The notes under the pieces were generated by a model, which saw only the letters and a list, made by a program, of their open reading frames with translations, was not told the origin of the DNA and ran no database searches. A DNA stretch of 56,423 nucleotides from an uncultured Clostridia bacterium (GTDB lineage: Bacteria; Bacillota; Clostridia; TANB77; CAG-508): assembly GCA_947623555.1 (NCBI GenBank), contig CANQGW010000006.1, forward strand, positions 1 to 56,423, in the 5' to 3' direction. This document shows positions 1 to 11,649 of the stretch, one piece after another. Position numbers and translations under genes: made by a program. Every line of letters begins with the position of its first letter. Within the stretch, counting starts at the first letter, position 1.

Positions 1-189
1 ACAAAAACATCATACCAGTTGGCGCTTCTTTTGTCTATTTTTTTATTCTATTTTTCCCACATATTATTTATGCTAATTAAAATATTCATTGCATATTATT
101 TATGCTAATTCAAGAAATTCTATTTAATGTGAAGTGAAAAAAAATAGACTTTATTATAAACAAGTTGGCTAAATAATGGCTAATACAAA

Positions 190-228
190 AATAGCAAGGT
201 ATTACAATTTCTTGTAATCCTTGCTATT
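190..228 (-). terminator. Rho-independent terminator after tuf
   Basis: Hairpin AATAGCAAGG-TATTACAA...TTGTAAT-CCTTGCTATT just past the tuf stop, followed by a T-run on the minus strand. Confidence 0.75.
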
Positions 229-242
229 AATTATTTTATTTA

Positions 243-1445
243 TTAAGCAATAACTTCTGATACAACACCAGAACCTACTGTACGTCCACCTTCACGAATA
301 GCGAATCTTAATCCGTTTTCGATAGCAATTGGAGTAATAAGTTCAATTGTCATATCTACGTTATCACCTGGCATAACCATTTCTGTTCCAGCTTGTAATT
401 CAATAACACCTGTAACGTCTGTTGTTCTGAAATAGAATTGTGGTCTATATCCATTGAAGAATGGTGTATGACGTCCACCCTCTTCTTTTGTTAGAACGTA
501 TACTTGTGCTTTGAATTTTGTATGTGGATGAATTGTTCCTGGTTTTGCTAATACTTGACCACGTTCAACTTCATCTCTTTGTGTTCCTCTTAATAGAACA
601 CCAATGTTATCACCAGCTTCAGCTTGGTCTAATGTTTTTCTAAACATTTCTACACCAGTAACAACTGTTTTCTTTGCTTCGTTAGCTAAACCAACGATTT
701 CAACTTCATCTTGTAGTTTAACAACTCCTCTTTCAACTCTACCAGTAACAACTGTACCTCTACCACTAATTGTCATAACGTCTTCAATTGGCATTAAGAA
801 TGGTTGGTCTACTGGTCTTTCTGGTGTTGGAATGTAGCTGTCTACTGCATCCATTAATTCTTTAATTGGAGCATATACTGGATCATTAGGATCTTTAGAT
901 GTGCTCTCTAATACTTTTAGTGAGGAACCTTTAATAATTGGAATTTCGTCTCCTGGGAAATCATAGCTTGAAAGTAAGTCTCTAACTTCCATTTCAACTA
1001 ATTCTAATAATTCTGGGTCATCAACCATATCACATTTATTTAGGTAAACAACGATGTATTTAACACCTACTTGTCTTGCTAATAGAATGTGCTCTCTTGT
1101 TTGAGGCATTGGTCCATCTGCTGCAGATACAACTAATATTGTACCATCCATTTGTGCTGCACCAGTAATCATGTTTTTAACATAGTCTGCGTGACCTGGG
1201 CAGTCAACGTGTGCATAATGTCTTTTGTCTGTTTCATACTCTACGTGAGCTGTGTTAATTGTAATTCCTCTTGCTTTCTCTTCTGGAGCACTATCGATTT
1301 GATCGTATGCTTCATATTGAGCTTTTCCTAGTAATGCTAGGTATTTTGTAATAGCTGCTGTTGTTGTTGTTTTTCCGTGGTCAACATGGCCTATTGTACC
1401 AATGTTAACGTGTGGCTTTGTTCTTTCAAATTTTGCTTTAGCCAT
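243..1445 (-). CDS. tuf: Elongation factor Tu
   Basis: [38 protein letters not shown] and NKCD motifs; start moved to ATG 1445 behind AGGAGG. Confidence 0.99.
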   Translation of the reverse strand: MAKAKFERTKPHVNIGTIGHVDHGKTTTTAAITKYLALLGKAQYEAYDQIDSAPEEKARGITINTAHVEYETDKRHYAHVDCPGHADYVKNMITGAAQMDGTILVVSAADGPMPQTREHILLARQVGVKYIVVYLNKCDMVDDPELLELVEMEVRDLLSSYDFPGDEIPIIKGSSLKVLESTSKDPNDPVYAPIKELMDAVDSYIPTPERPVDQPFLMPIEDVMTISGRGTVVTGRVERGVVKLQDEVEIVGLANEAKKTVVTGVEMFRKTLDQAEAGDNIGVLLRGTQRDEVERGQVLAKPGTIHPHTKFKAQVYVLTKEEGGRHTPFFNGYRPQFYFRTTDVTGVIELQAGTEMVMPGDNVDMTIELITPIAIENGLRFAIREGGRTVGSGVVSEVIA

Positions 1446-1606
1446 TTTAATTTCCTCCTTATTTTTAGTTAGCATTTAATGAATAAAATTCATATTTATT
1501 GCTAATTATATTTAATTTTTAATATTAAAATCTAAATTTTATAACACTTGTATTTTATACTATTTTTACTACAAAAGCAAGTGTTTTTTTAAGTTTATTT
1601 TACAAG

Positions 1607-3691
1607 CTAGTCTTGTTTTTTAGCTCTTGATGCAACAATTGTGTCAAATACTGATTTTGGAACTTCTTCATAATGACTTGGTTCCATTGAATAAGTACCT
1701 CTACCTTGTGTTTTTGAACGTAAGTCTGTTGCATAACCAAACATTTCTGATAATGGAATAAATGCACGAATAACTTGATTTCCTTGTATTGATTCCATAC
1801 CTTCTAGTTTTCCACGTCTTGAGTTAACGTCTCCAATAACATCTCCCATGTATTCTTCTGGAACTGTTATTTCTACTTTCATAATTGGTTCTAGAATAAC
1901 TGATTTTGCTTGTTTACAACCTTCTTTGAAGGCCATAGAACCAGCAATTTTGAAGGCCATTTCTGAAGAGTCAACTTCATGGTAAGAACCGTCTACTAAT
2001 GTAGCTTTAAAGTCTATAACAGGGTAACCTGCTAATACACCACTTTCAGCGGCTTCTCTAACACCGTCTTCAATTGGTTTAATGTATTCTTTTGGAACAA
2101 CACCACCAACAATTTTACTTTCAAATTCAATTCCTTTACCTGGCTCTAATGGTTCCATTTCTAGCCATACATCACCGTATTGTCCACGACCACCAGATTG
2201 ACGAATGAATTTACCTTGTACTTTAACTTTATTTCTAATTGTTTCTTTGTAAGAAACTTGTGGTTTACCTACACTACATTCTACTTTAAATTCTCTTTTT
2301 AAACGGTCTACTATAATGTCTAGATGTAATTCACCCATACCAGCAATAATGGTTTGACCAGATTCTTGATCTGTCCAAGTTTTGAATGTTGGGTCTTCTT
2401 CTGCAAGTTTTGAAAGTGCAATACCCATTTTTTCACTATTTGCCTTATCTTTTGGCTCAATAGCTATATCAATAACTGGCTCTGGGAATTCCATTGATTC
2501 TAGAATAACTGGGTGAGCTGGGTCGCAAAGTGTATCACCTGTAGATACATCTTTTAATCCAACTGCTGCAGCAATATCACCTGCATATACTTTGTCTAAA
2601 TCTTGTCTGTGATTTGCATGCATTAATAAAATTCTACCCATTCTATCTTTTTTATCTTTATTAGCATTTAAAATTGTTGCACCTGCATCTAATGTTCCAG
2701 AATATACTCTGAAGAAGCAAAGTTTTCCAACAAATGGGTCTGTTGCAATTTTGAATGCTAATGCTGAAAATGGCTCGCTATCTGATGTTTTTCTTTCTAC
2801 TTCGTTTCCATTTTCATCTACACCTTTGATATGTGGAATATCAATTGGTGATGGCATATAGTCTACAACTGCATTTAATAATTCTTGTACACCTTTGTTT
2901 TTATATGATGAACCACAGCATACTGGAACTACTTTGTTAGCAATTGTTCCTATTCTAATGCCTTTTTTAATTTCTTCTTCAGATAGTTCTTCACCATCTA
3001 AATATTTCATCATTAATTCATCATCTTGTTCAGCAGCAGCTTCTATTAATTTTGATCTATATTCTTCTGCTTGTGCTTGTAAGTCTGCTGGTATATCACA
3101 TTCTTCAATTTCTTTTCCTAAATCGTCTTTATGAATAAATGCTCTCATTTTAACTAGGTCTACAATACCTTTAAAGTTTTCTTCTGCACCTATTGGTAAT
3201 TCAATTGGAACTGCATTTGCTTTTAAACGATTACGTAATTGATCAACGCAAAGCATAAAGTCAGCACCTGTAGTATCCATTTTATTAACATATACCATTC
3301 TTGGTACCATATATTTATCGGCTTGTCTCCAAACTGTTTCTGTTTGTGGTTGAACTCCACCCTTTGCTGCTAAAATTGTAACAGCACCATCAAGTACTTT
3401 TAAAGATCTTTGTACTTCAACTGTAAAGTCAACGTGACCAGGGGTATCGATAATATTTATACGATTTCCTAGCCATTGGCAAGTAGTTGCAGCAGAAGTA
3501 ATTGTAATACCTCTTTCTTGTTCTTGTACCATCCAGTCCATAGTAGCTTCACCTTCATGAACTTCTCCTATTTTGTGGGTTTTACCTGTATAAAAAAGTA
3601 TTCTTTCTGTTGTTGTAGTTTTTCCTGCATCTATGTGAGCAACTATTCCTATGTTTCTTGTTTTCTCTAAAGGAAACTCTCTTCCAGCCAC
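1607..3691 (-). CDS. fusA: Elongation factor G
   Basis: [33 protein letters not shown]; position in str operon; GTG start. Confidence 0.99.
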   Translation of the reverse strand: MAGREFPLEKTRNIGIVAHIDAGKTTTTERILFYTGKTHKIGEVHEGEATMDWMVQEQERGITITSAATTCQWLGNRINIIDTPGHVDFTVEVQRSLKVLDGAVTILAAKGGVQPQTETVWRQADKYMVPRMVYVNKMDTTGADFMLCVDQLRNRLKANAVPIELPIGAEENFKGIVDLVKMRAFIHKDDLGKEIEECDIPADLQAQAEEYRSKLIEAAAEQDDELMMKYLDGEELSEEEIKKGIRIGTIANKVVPVCCGSSYKNKGVQELLNAVVDYMPSPIDIPHIKGVDENGNEVERKTSDSEPFSALAFKIATDPFVGKLCFFRVYSGTLDAGATILNANKDKKDRMGRILLMHANHRQDLDKVYAGDIAAAVGLKDVSTGDTLCDPAHPVILESMEFPEPVIDIAIEPKDKANSEKMGIALSKLAEEDPTFKTWTDQESGQTIIAGMGELHLDIIVDRLKREFKVECSVGKPQVSYKETIRNKVKVQGKFIRQSGGRGQYGDVWLEMEPLEPGKGIEFESKIVGGVVPKEYIKPIEDGVREAAESGVLAGYPVIDFKATLVDGSYHEVDSSEMAFKIAGSMAFKEGCKQAKSVILEPIMKVEITVPEEYMGDVIGDVNSRRGKLEGMESIQGNQVIRAFIPLSEMFGYATDLRSKTQGRGTYSMEPSHYEEVPKSVFDTIVASRAKKQD

Positions 3692-3728
3692 TATTTTATC
3701 CTCCTTAATATTTTATTTCATTAAAATT

Positions 3729-4199
3729 CTAGAATTTGTAATGAGCAAAAGCTCTATTTGCTTCAGCCATTTTATGCATATCTTCTTTTTTCTTAAATGC
3801 TCCACCGTTTCCAGCTACAGCTTCCATAATTTCGTTTGCTAGTTTTTCTGCCATTGTTTTTTCATGTCTTTTTCTAGCATATAAAACAAGCCATCTTAAA
3901 CCTAGAGTTTGTCTTCTTTCTGGTCTAATTTCAATTGGAACTTGGTATGTTGCACCACCAATTCTTCTTGCTTTTACTTCAAGAACTGGCATTACGTTTT
4001 CAAGTGCTGCTTGGAAAACTTCAAGTGGATCTTTTTGCTCTTTTTCTTTTATGATGTCAAATGCGTCATAAACTATACTTTGAGCAACTGTTTTTTTACC
4101 ATCTAACATAACATTGTTAATTAATTTTGTTACAACTTTACTATTGTAAATTGGATCTGGTAAAACTTCTCTTTTTGCAATATATCCTTTTCTTGGCAC
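3729..4199 (-). CDS. rpsG: 30S ribosomal protein S7
   Basis: PDPIYNS...[11 protein letters not shown]...AEANRAFAH. Confidence 0.99.
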   Translation of the reverse strand: MPRKGYIAKREVLPDPIYNSKVVTKLINNVMLDGKKTVAQSIVYDAFDIIKEKEQKDPLEVFQAALENVMPVLEVKARRIGGATYQVPIEIRPERRQTLGLRWLVLYARKRHEKTMAEKLANEIMEAVAGNGGAFKKKEDMHKMAEANRAFAHYKF

Positions 4200-4349
4200 T
4201 ATTCTTCCCTCCTTTTTTCATTTTCATACTAAAAAGTATGATTTGGTACTCTGGAAAACTAATATTTTCCCGTATAGTGCTATATAATTTATTATAAATT
4301 TAAGTACCTTAAATTAGTAATTTATTATTAGCACCTTCATTAAAATTAA

Positions 4350-4763
4350 TTATTTTTTAGGTTTTTTAGCCCCATATTTAGAACGACCTTGCATTCTATC
4401 TTTTACACCTGCTGTATCTAATGTTCCTCTGATAATGTGGTATCTAACACCTGGAAGGTCTTTTACCCTACCACCTCTTATTAAAACAACGCTGTGCTCT
4501 TGTAAGTTGTGGCCAATACCTGGAATATATGATGTTACTTCATATCCATTAGAAAGCCTTACCCTTGCTACTTTTCTTAAAGCTGAATTAGGTTTTTTTG
4601 GAGTTACTGTTTTTACTACTGTACATACACCTCTTTTTTGTGGTGATCTTTTGTTAGTTACTCTTTTATTCATAGAGTTATAACCATGTTGAAGAGCTGG
4701 TGCTGTTGATTTGCTAGTAGAACTTTTTCTTCCTTTTCTTACTAATTGATTAATTGTTGGCAC
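4350..4763 (-). CDS. rpsL: 30S ribosomal protein S12
   Basis: [31 protein letters not shown]. Confidence 0.99.
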   Translation of the reverse strand: MPTINQLVRKGRKSSTSKSTAPALQHGYNSMNKRVTNKRSPQKRGVCTVVKTVTPKKPNSALRKVARVRLSNGYEVTSYIPGIGHNLQEHSVVLIRGGRVKDLPGVRYHIIRGTLDTAGVKDRMQGRSKYGAKKPKK

Positions 4764-4948
4764 TTAAATTTCACCTCTTTTCTATTATTTCTAATATATG
4801 TTTCCGTAAGCATTTAATTAAAAATATTGATATTTTCAAAAATTGCAATACATGAAACTTAAAACCGCTAGGGAAATACACAATTCGTGTATTTTACACT
4901 AGCGGTTTATATTTTATCATTTTTATTGTTAAAAGTCAAGATAAAATA

Positions 4949-6820
4949 TTAATGTTCCTCACCTTTTTCACTATCAGAACTAATATCTTCAAATGTTTTT
5001 GGTTCAGATGGGGCATTTGTTAATTCATTACTTGCCTCATTTTCAGTTTGTTCACCTTGAGCTTTTTGTTCTGTAGGTGAAGCAACATTTACTTTTAAGC
5101 CCTCTTTAAATGCTTCTTGTTTATGTTCCCCTTTAGATCTTCTTCTATATTCATCAGCTTGTTCTTGGCTTAAATTATCCTTATATAACTGTATAAATTC
5201 TTCTACATCAAAATCTGGATATTTAGACATATCATTAAATGTATTTTCGATACCTTTTTGTGTAATAGGTGGTACATTTTCTTCTTTTTTAGCTACTTCT
5301 TCAACTTCTTGTTCCTCATTTTTATGTATTGGGAATTTTAATGTTTTTATTGATTTAGCTACATTTTTTAATTGATGAACTAATTTTTGTAGCATATTTG
5401 GTGATTTTTGATAACGCACTAATCCTATTTTACGGTTTTCTTTTGCTATACTTTCAAGTTGTTTAATTTTTTGTTTATCTTCTTTATCTCTTGAATTTTT
5501 ATATAATTCAGAGAAGTCATAATTAATATTTAATGAAGCTACTAATTTGCTATTTGCATCTTTTGACTCTATTAAATTCATATAGTCTTTTGCACCATGT
5601 GTACCAAATTCTTTGTCTATTTCATATAACATAGCAGCCATTCCAGTATCAAAATATTCTTTTTGATCAACTATTCTTTTAAGTGCATCATATCTCTCCA
5701 TTTTATCATTAACTATAGAAATATGTTCATACCCTTCTTCTGATACTTCTATTTCTTTATTTTGTTTATCTTCTAATATAGTATAATAAGTTGGTTTGCC
5801 ATTTCTAATTTCAAATCCTACTTTTTTAATTGTATATGATCCTGGTACTAATTCACCATCCATATTGTATTTTAAATTTGGTTCAACAATAACTTTTTTT
5901 CCATTATTATAATACTCGTATGCTGCACAACTTATTTCTCTATCAAATTCATCCATCTCTTCCGGTGTTAGTTTTACAGCTTCTCCTTTAGCGTTTGGTC
6001 TCATAAGTTCTCTATAATTAGGTCGTTCATTAGATTTCTTTGTATTTGTTGGTTCTTCAGGTTTATCTGGTTCTACTTTTTCCTCTAGAACACTTTCATT
6101 TGATTCTGCTTTTTCTTCTACAGCGCTTTCATTTTGCTCTACATTTTCTTCTACAGTGCTTTCATTTTGTTCTACATTTTCTTCTTGCTCAACATTTTCG
6201 TTTTGTTCTACCTTTTTCTCTCCATTAATTTGAACAAATAAACCTTCTAAATTAGCATAATCTTCTTTTAATAAATCCATTTTGCTAACTAATCTTTTCA
6301 TTGATTTTTCTTTTTTTCTAGCTTTTTCTAAATATTCTTTAGTTTTTTCATCTGCTACTGTATATACTTCCTCGTCTAAACCTTTTATACCTTTAATTTT
6401 TTTGTGGGTTTCAGCACCTTTCAAGAATTTATTTTCTTCTTCATTTACTTTATCAATTCTTGTTTGTAGTTTGTCCATTTCTTTTTGAATGTTTTGCATA
6501 CTTTCTTTTAATTCTGAAGAAAAGTCTTCTTTTACTTTAGCTTTTTTAGCTTCTCTAGCCTCTACTATAAGTTTTTGCTCTCTTAACATTTTAATTTGAG
6601 AAATAATATTTGATCTTTCGCTATAATCTTTGGTTTCGTCTAATTTTTGAAGAAGCTCTCCCTCTAAATCATTACTATATTCTCTGTTATTTAATTCAAT
6701 TACACTACCAGTATTTATGTCCTCCATAGGTATTTCTGTAATTTGTAATTTTTCGGTTTCAACAGCATTTAGTCTGTTTTCAAGTTCTTCTTTTAGTGAT
6801 TCAATATTAATTCTTTCCAT
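4949..6820 (-). CDS. Hypothetical acidic/coiled-coil protein (623 aa)
   Basis: Long ORF with GGAGG RBS; E/K-rich helical N-half and acidic repeats; no family recognised. Confidence 0.8.
   Translation of the reverse strand: MERINIESLKEELENRLNAVETEKLQITEIPMEDINTGSVIELNNREYSNDLEGELLQKLDETKDYSERSNIISQIKMLREQKLIVEAREAKKAKVKEDFSSELKESMQNIQKEMDKLQTRIDKVNEEENKFLKGAETHKKIKGIKGLDEEVYTVADEKTKEYLEKARKKEKSMKRLVSKMDLLKEDYANLEGLFVQINGEKKVEQNENVEQEENVEQNESTVEENVEQNESAVEEKAESNESVLEEKVEPDKPEEPTNTKKSNERPNYRELMRPNAKGEAVKLTPEEMDEFDREISCAAYEYYNNGKKVIVEPNLKYNMDGELVPGSYTIKKVGFEIRNGKPTYYTILEDKQNKEIEVSEEGYEHISIVNDKMERYDALKRIVDQKEYFDTGMAAMLYEIDKEFGTHGAKDYMNLIESKDANSKLVASLNINYDFSELYKNSRDKEDKQKIKQLESIAKENRKIGLVRYQKSPNMLQKLVHQLKNVAKSIKTLKFPIHKNEEQEVEEVAKKEENVPPITQKGIENTFNDMSKYPDFDVEEFIQLYKDNLSQEQADEYRRRSKGEHKQEAFKEGLKVNVASPTEQKAQGEQTENEASNELTNAPSEPKTFEDISSDSEKGEEH
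6078..6176 (-). repeat. Three imperfect 33-bp in-frame tandem repeats (VEQNES[T/A]VEE[N/K])
   Basis: Units at 6078-6110, 6111-6143 and 6144-6176; the last two differ at 2 positions. Confidence 0.85.
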
Positions 6821-6924
6821 AGTATCCTCCTATTTTTCTTTCATATACAATTTATTATAACAAATTTTCCATTTTTTTGCAACTGTTTTATGTAAATTTA
6901 TTTGTTTTGTAATAAAATTTTAAT

Positions 6925-8298
6925 TTAATTGCTATATTTTTGTAACATTTTATTTAATTTTTCTAATGCCCTATCAGCCAATTTTGTATATTTTAATTTT
7001 TTATCTTTTATTTTTTCATCTAACTCTGGTAAAATGCCAAAGTTTGCATTCATTGGCTGAAAGTTTTCATTTTTAGTAGATATATATTTAGCTAGTGCAC
7101 CTATCATAGTTTCTTTTGGAAATACTATTTTATTTTCCATTCCTTTAAACTGCATTACTGCATTTATTGCTGAAACTAGCCCAGATGCAATTGACTCAAC
7201 ATAACCTTCTACACCTGTTATCTGCCCTGCAAAATAAATGTTATTATTTTTCTTAAGCTGATATGTTTCATTAAGTAAATCTGGTGAGTTAATAAAAGTA
7301 TTTCTATGCATAACACCATATTTAGTAAATTCTGCATTTTCTAACCCAGGTATCATTTTAAAGACTCTTTTTTGTTCTCCATATTTTAAATTGGTTTGAA
7401 ACCCTACCATGTTAAAAATGTTACCTTCATCATTATCCTGCCTTAATTGTACAACAGCATACGGTCTTTTCCCAGTTCTTATATCTGTAAAGCCAACTGG
7501 TTTTAATGGACCAAAACGTAGTGTATCAATTCCCCTTTTTGCCATTACTTCTATTGGCATGCAACCTTCAAAAATTTCTCTTTTTTCAAATTCGTGTAGC
7601 TCCGCTACTTCTGCATTAACCAGTTCATTCCAAAAGCACTCATATTCTTCCTTATTCATTGGCAAGTTTATATAACTTGCATCTTGTTTTTCTATTCTTT
7701 TTCTCCAACTATTTACATCTTCGTCCTTTTTTCTTTCTTGGTCATACCTATTTCCTATAAATGCGATATTCATATTAATACTAGAGGTTTCAATTATAGG
7801 GGCTGCTGCGTCATAAAAATGCAATTTTTGTTCATCAATTAGTTTAGATATTTCCTCTGAAAGCTTTTCTGATGTTAATGGCCCAGTAGCTATAATGACA
7901 ATGCCATCTTTTGATATATCTGTAATATTATCTATTTCGCTTCTTATAATTTCTACATTTTCCATTTGCTCTAATTTAGTTGTTACTTCTTTTGCAAACT
8001 TTTCTCTATCAACTGCTAATGCTTGACCTGCTGGAACGCTTACACTGTCTGCTACTTGTATAAGAAGGCTATCTAAAATGCGAAGTTCTTCTTTTAAAAG
8101 TCCGCAAGCATTTGTATGTAAGTTAGATTTAAAAGAATTGCTACAAACAATTTCTGCTAAATTTTTATTTGTGTGTGCTGGTGAATATTTTGTAGGTTTC
8201 ATTTCATAAAGTTTTACTTTTATGCCTCTTTTAGCAATTTGGTATGCCGCTTCTGAACCTGCAAGCCCGCCTCCTATTATGCTAATATAATCTTTCAT
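6925..8298 (-). CDS. trmFO: Folate/FAD-dependent tRNA m5U54 methyltransferase
   Basis: IIGGGLAGSEAA, EIVCSNS, FEGCMPIE, FAGQITGVEGY; start at ATG 8298 behind GGAGGG. Confidence 0.97.
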   Translation of the reverse strand: MKDYISIIGGGLAGSEAAYQIAKRGIKVKLYEMKPTKYSPAHTNKNLAEIVCSNSFKSNLHTNACGLLKEELRILDSLLIQVADSVSVPAGQALAVDREKFAKEVTTKLEQMENVEIIRSEIDNITDISKDGIVIIATGPLTSEKLSEEISKLIDEQKLHFYDAAAPIIETSSINMNIAFIGNRYDQERKKDEDVNSWRKRIEKQDASYINLPMNKEEYECFWNELVNAEVAELHEFEKREIFEGCMPIEVMAKRGIDTLRFGPLKPVGFTDIRTGKRPYAVVQLRQDNDEGNIFNMVGFQTNLKYGEQKRVFKMIPGLENAEFTKYGVMHRNTFINSPDLLNETYQLKKNNNIYFAGQITGVEGYVESIASGLVSAINAVMQFKGMENKIVFPKETMIGALAKYISTKNENFQPMNANFGILPELDEKIKDKKLKYTKLADRALEKLNKMLQKYSN

Positions 8299-8334
8299 AT
8301 TTCCCTCCATACAAAAATTATAATTTATGCGTAT

Positions 8335-8498
8335 TTACAAAGGTAATATGTTAAGTTTCCAAGCGAGTTAAGGTGGGGACCGACAAGCATAGAAACCGTT
8401 AAAACTTGCAATGGCGTGTTTTAATTATATAGAGGCAAGTTGTTACGGTTTCTGCGTAGCCAAAGGCGAGCAGGAAACTTAACATATTACCTTTGTAA
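8335..8498. repeat. Nested inverted-repeat element (MITE/REPIN-like or structured RNA)
   Basis: Perfect 26-bp terminal inverted repeats at 8335-8360 and 8473-8498; inner stem AGAAACCGT..AACTTGC / GCAAGTT..ACGGTTTCT. Confidence 0.85.
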
Positions 8499-8517
8499 CT
8501 TAAGTAAATATAATTTT

Positions 8518-11500
8518 TTATCCAAATAGTTCCATAATGTCTTCTTTTGAAAGCTGATTAATAAACGTATTTTGTGTTGAAAGCATATTATCAATTAGTT
8601 TTGCCTTCTTTTGTTGCAACTCATATATCTTTTCTTCTATAGAATTTTTTGTAATCAATTTATAAACTTGCACGTTGTTTTTTTGACCAATTCTATAAGT
8701 CCTATCTGTTGCTTGGTTTTCGCTAGAAACATTCCACCATGGGTCATAGTGAATTACCACATCTGCACCTGTTAAGTTTAATCCTGTTCCACCTGCTTTT
8801 AATGAAATTAAAAAAACTTTAATACTTTTATCTTCATTAAATCTATCTACTAAATTAATTCTATCCGACACCTTGGTTTGACCTGTTAACTTTAAATAAG
8901 ATATTCCTTTGACCTTAAGTTCCTTTTCGATCATTTCAAACATTGAGGTATATCCAGAGAACAGCAAAATTTTATGACCGCTTGCTATTGCATCTTCCAT
9001 AACCTCAATACACTGCGTTAATTTGCTACTTTCTCCGTTATAATCTTCCAAAAATAAGCTTGGGTGACAACATATTTGCCTTAACCTCATTAATAATGCC
9101 AAAATTTTAATTTGACTATTTTCAAACCCATTTAATTTAATTTCTTCTGCAACTTCTTTTTTTGTTCTTGCTAAATAAGACAAATATACTTTTTGCTGTT
9201 CTTCTTGCATTTCATTATATAAAACTGTAACAGTTTTATCAGGAAGCTCTGTTAAAACCTCTTTTTTAATTCTTCTTAAAATAAATGGTTCTATCATTCT
9301 CTTTAATTTATTCATTTGTAATTCATCGTTTTCTTTAACAATTGGCGTTTCATATAATTCTTTAAACTTACGATATTTAAACAAATATCCCGGCATAATA
9401 TAGTCAAAAATAGACCAAAGTTCTGAAAGCGAATTTTCAATTGGAGTTCCAGTAGATGCAAATTTGGTTTGAGCCACTATTTGCTTAATTGCTTTAGCAT
9501 TTTGAGTATTATTGTTTTTAATATATTGTGCCTCGTCTGCTATCATATATTTAAATTCAAAATTTCTTTCTACATAAAAGTCAATATCTCTTTTTAAAGA
9601 ATCATAAGATGTAATTGCTAAATTGTAATTATTTATTTTAGATATTTTTCTTTCTCTTTCTATTGCACTACCACTAATTACTATAGCTTTTAAAGTTGGT
9701 GTAAACTTACTACATTCTCCTAGCCAGTTTAATGTGAGTGAGCTTGGGCAAACTACTAGAGAAGGTTTAGCATCTTTTTTATTTTCATTTACATACGATA
9801 ATATAACACATAACATTTGAAGAGTTTTTCCGAAGTCCCATATCATCTGCTAAAATTCCACCAAACTCATACTCATCTAGCATTTTAAGCCAATGATAAC
9901 CTATTTTCTGATAAAGCCTCATTTGCGCATTTAAGTTTTCTGGTAGTATTATATCTGCTGAATTTTGATTTTCTTTTAGCTTTTCTACCATTTGTTTATA
10001 TGTTTCATCTTTTTTTATTTCAACATTTTTTAAAGTGCCTAGCATTTTTTCTAAATACAAGCTTCTATAACTTGGTATGCTGACAATGCCACTTTTTAAG
10101 CTATTATAATTAATGTCTAAATTAGATGTTAATTCATCTAAAAATTGCATAGTTTCGTTTTCTTCTAGTTTTATATAACTTCCATCTTTTAACCTATGAA
10201 ACTTCTTTTTTAGTGTATATTTTTGTATCATCTCACTTAAATCTGATAGGTCAATTCCTATTTGTGAAAAATCAATTTTAAGTAAGTGGTTTTCTATACT
10301 AATTCCAATAGATTTCATTTGAAAAGAGTGTATTTGTTTTGTTTTAAATCTATCTGTTGCTAAAATTTCATATTTTTTCATATAAGTTTCTATTTCATCT
10401 GATAAAAATGCAAATATTTTATCATCATCTACTAAAATAAGCCTATTATTGTTTTTGTCTAATAAAAATCCTGTTTTTATAAACATATTTAGAGCTTCGT
10501 TTTCACCAACCATATTTCTTGCAATAGATACATTTTGGTCTATAAAAGGGTTTATTTCATGGTTTTCATAGCAAAATTTAACTTCTGCTATAATATTACT
10601 GTTTTGATCATAATCTAAATATATTTTTACTCCTAATTTTTTAGGAATACACTTTTCTTTTATATCGGCTGAAATAGTGTCAAATATTATGCTTTTTTCC
10701 ATTTTAGGTGCTATCATTGCAAAAAAGCAAGTTAATTCTGCCTCATCCATAATAATTTCATTTGTATAGTTTTTGCGAAATGTTTCTAATAATTTTAAGG
10801 TGTTAAGTTCAAACTGTTTACTGCAACGATAAATAGCATTTGGAAACAATAAATATATATATGTTTTTCCTTGTAACATGTCATAACTAAATACATCCAT
10901 ATTACAGCTTAATTTAAATTTATTATTTTCTTGTATAATATTAAATGTTATATCAGGTTCTTCTTGTGAAAAATATATAGTGGTTTCTTTAGAGCCATTT
11001 TGAAATAATACTTGTTTTCCTATAAGGCTGTCAAAAAAGTCATCTAGACCAGTATTTGATATTAAAATATTATCTAACATAAAATTTTTTATATATTGAC
11101 TATACTCTTGCAAAACTTCATTATGATATTTCATAATTTCAGAGTATTTTAGTAAAAATTTAAGAATTGGAATACTGTCTTTAGCAAAATATTTTTCTTC
11201 ATGTAACAAATTTAGCTTACTTCCATATTGATAAAATTCTTTATTTAACATTCTTGTATAAAATTCTGGCAAGTTTTTTATTTTATAAGACTGTTTGTCT
11301 CCTATTCTAAATTCTACTTTTAATTGTTTTGTAAATTTGTTATAGAAAACTTTAGGGGTAATTTGAACATTTTTAGCATATTCTACTTTATTATCTTCTT
11401 TTTTTAATTCTTTTTCTTCTACTTTGGTAAAGGTATTTAATAATTGCTTAAATACTCTGTGGTTTTCTTTTTCCCTAATTTCATTCTGCTCTTTTGACAT
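8518..11500 (-). CDS. SNF2-family helicase, one gene with a +1 frameshift at CGGA (9829-9832)
   Basis: The ORF track splits it in two. Skipping the C at 9832 restores Walker A ILADDMGLGKTLQ, followed by DEAQ, TGTPIEN, SLKAGGTGLNL and QATDRTYRIGQ; about 993 aa. Confidence 0.9.
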
Positions 11501-11649
11501 TAGTTCACCCTCCAATTTTATTAAGTAAGTATTATATCATAGGAATTTTTTATTTGCAACGGAGTTAGCATGAAAAAAGAAAAACATTGTAAAAATCAAA
11601 GTTTTTCTTTTTTAACATATTACTTATAATTTAGGTAAAATAAATTTTA

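Noticed and set aside
8518-9846. Separate 442-aa helicase gene starting MIWDFGKT
   Set aside because: The start lies inside Walker A with no RBS; it is the +1 continuation of the upstream ORF.
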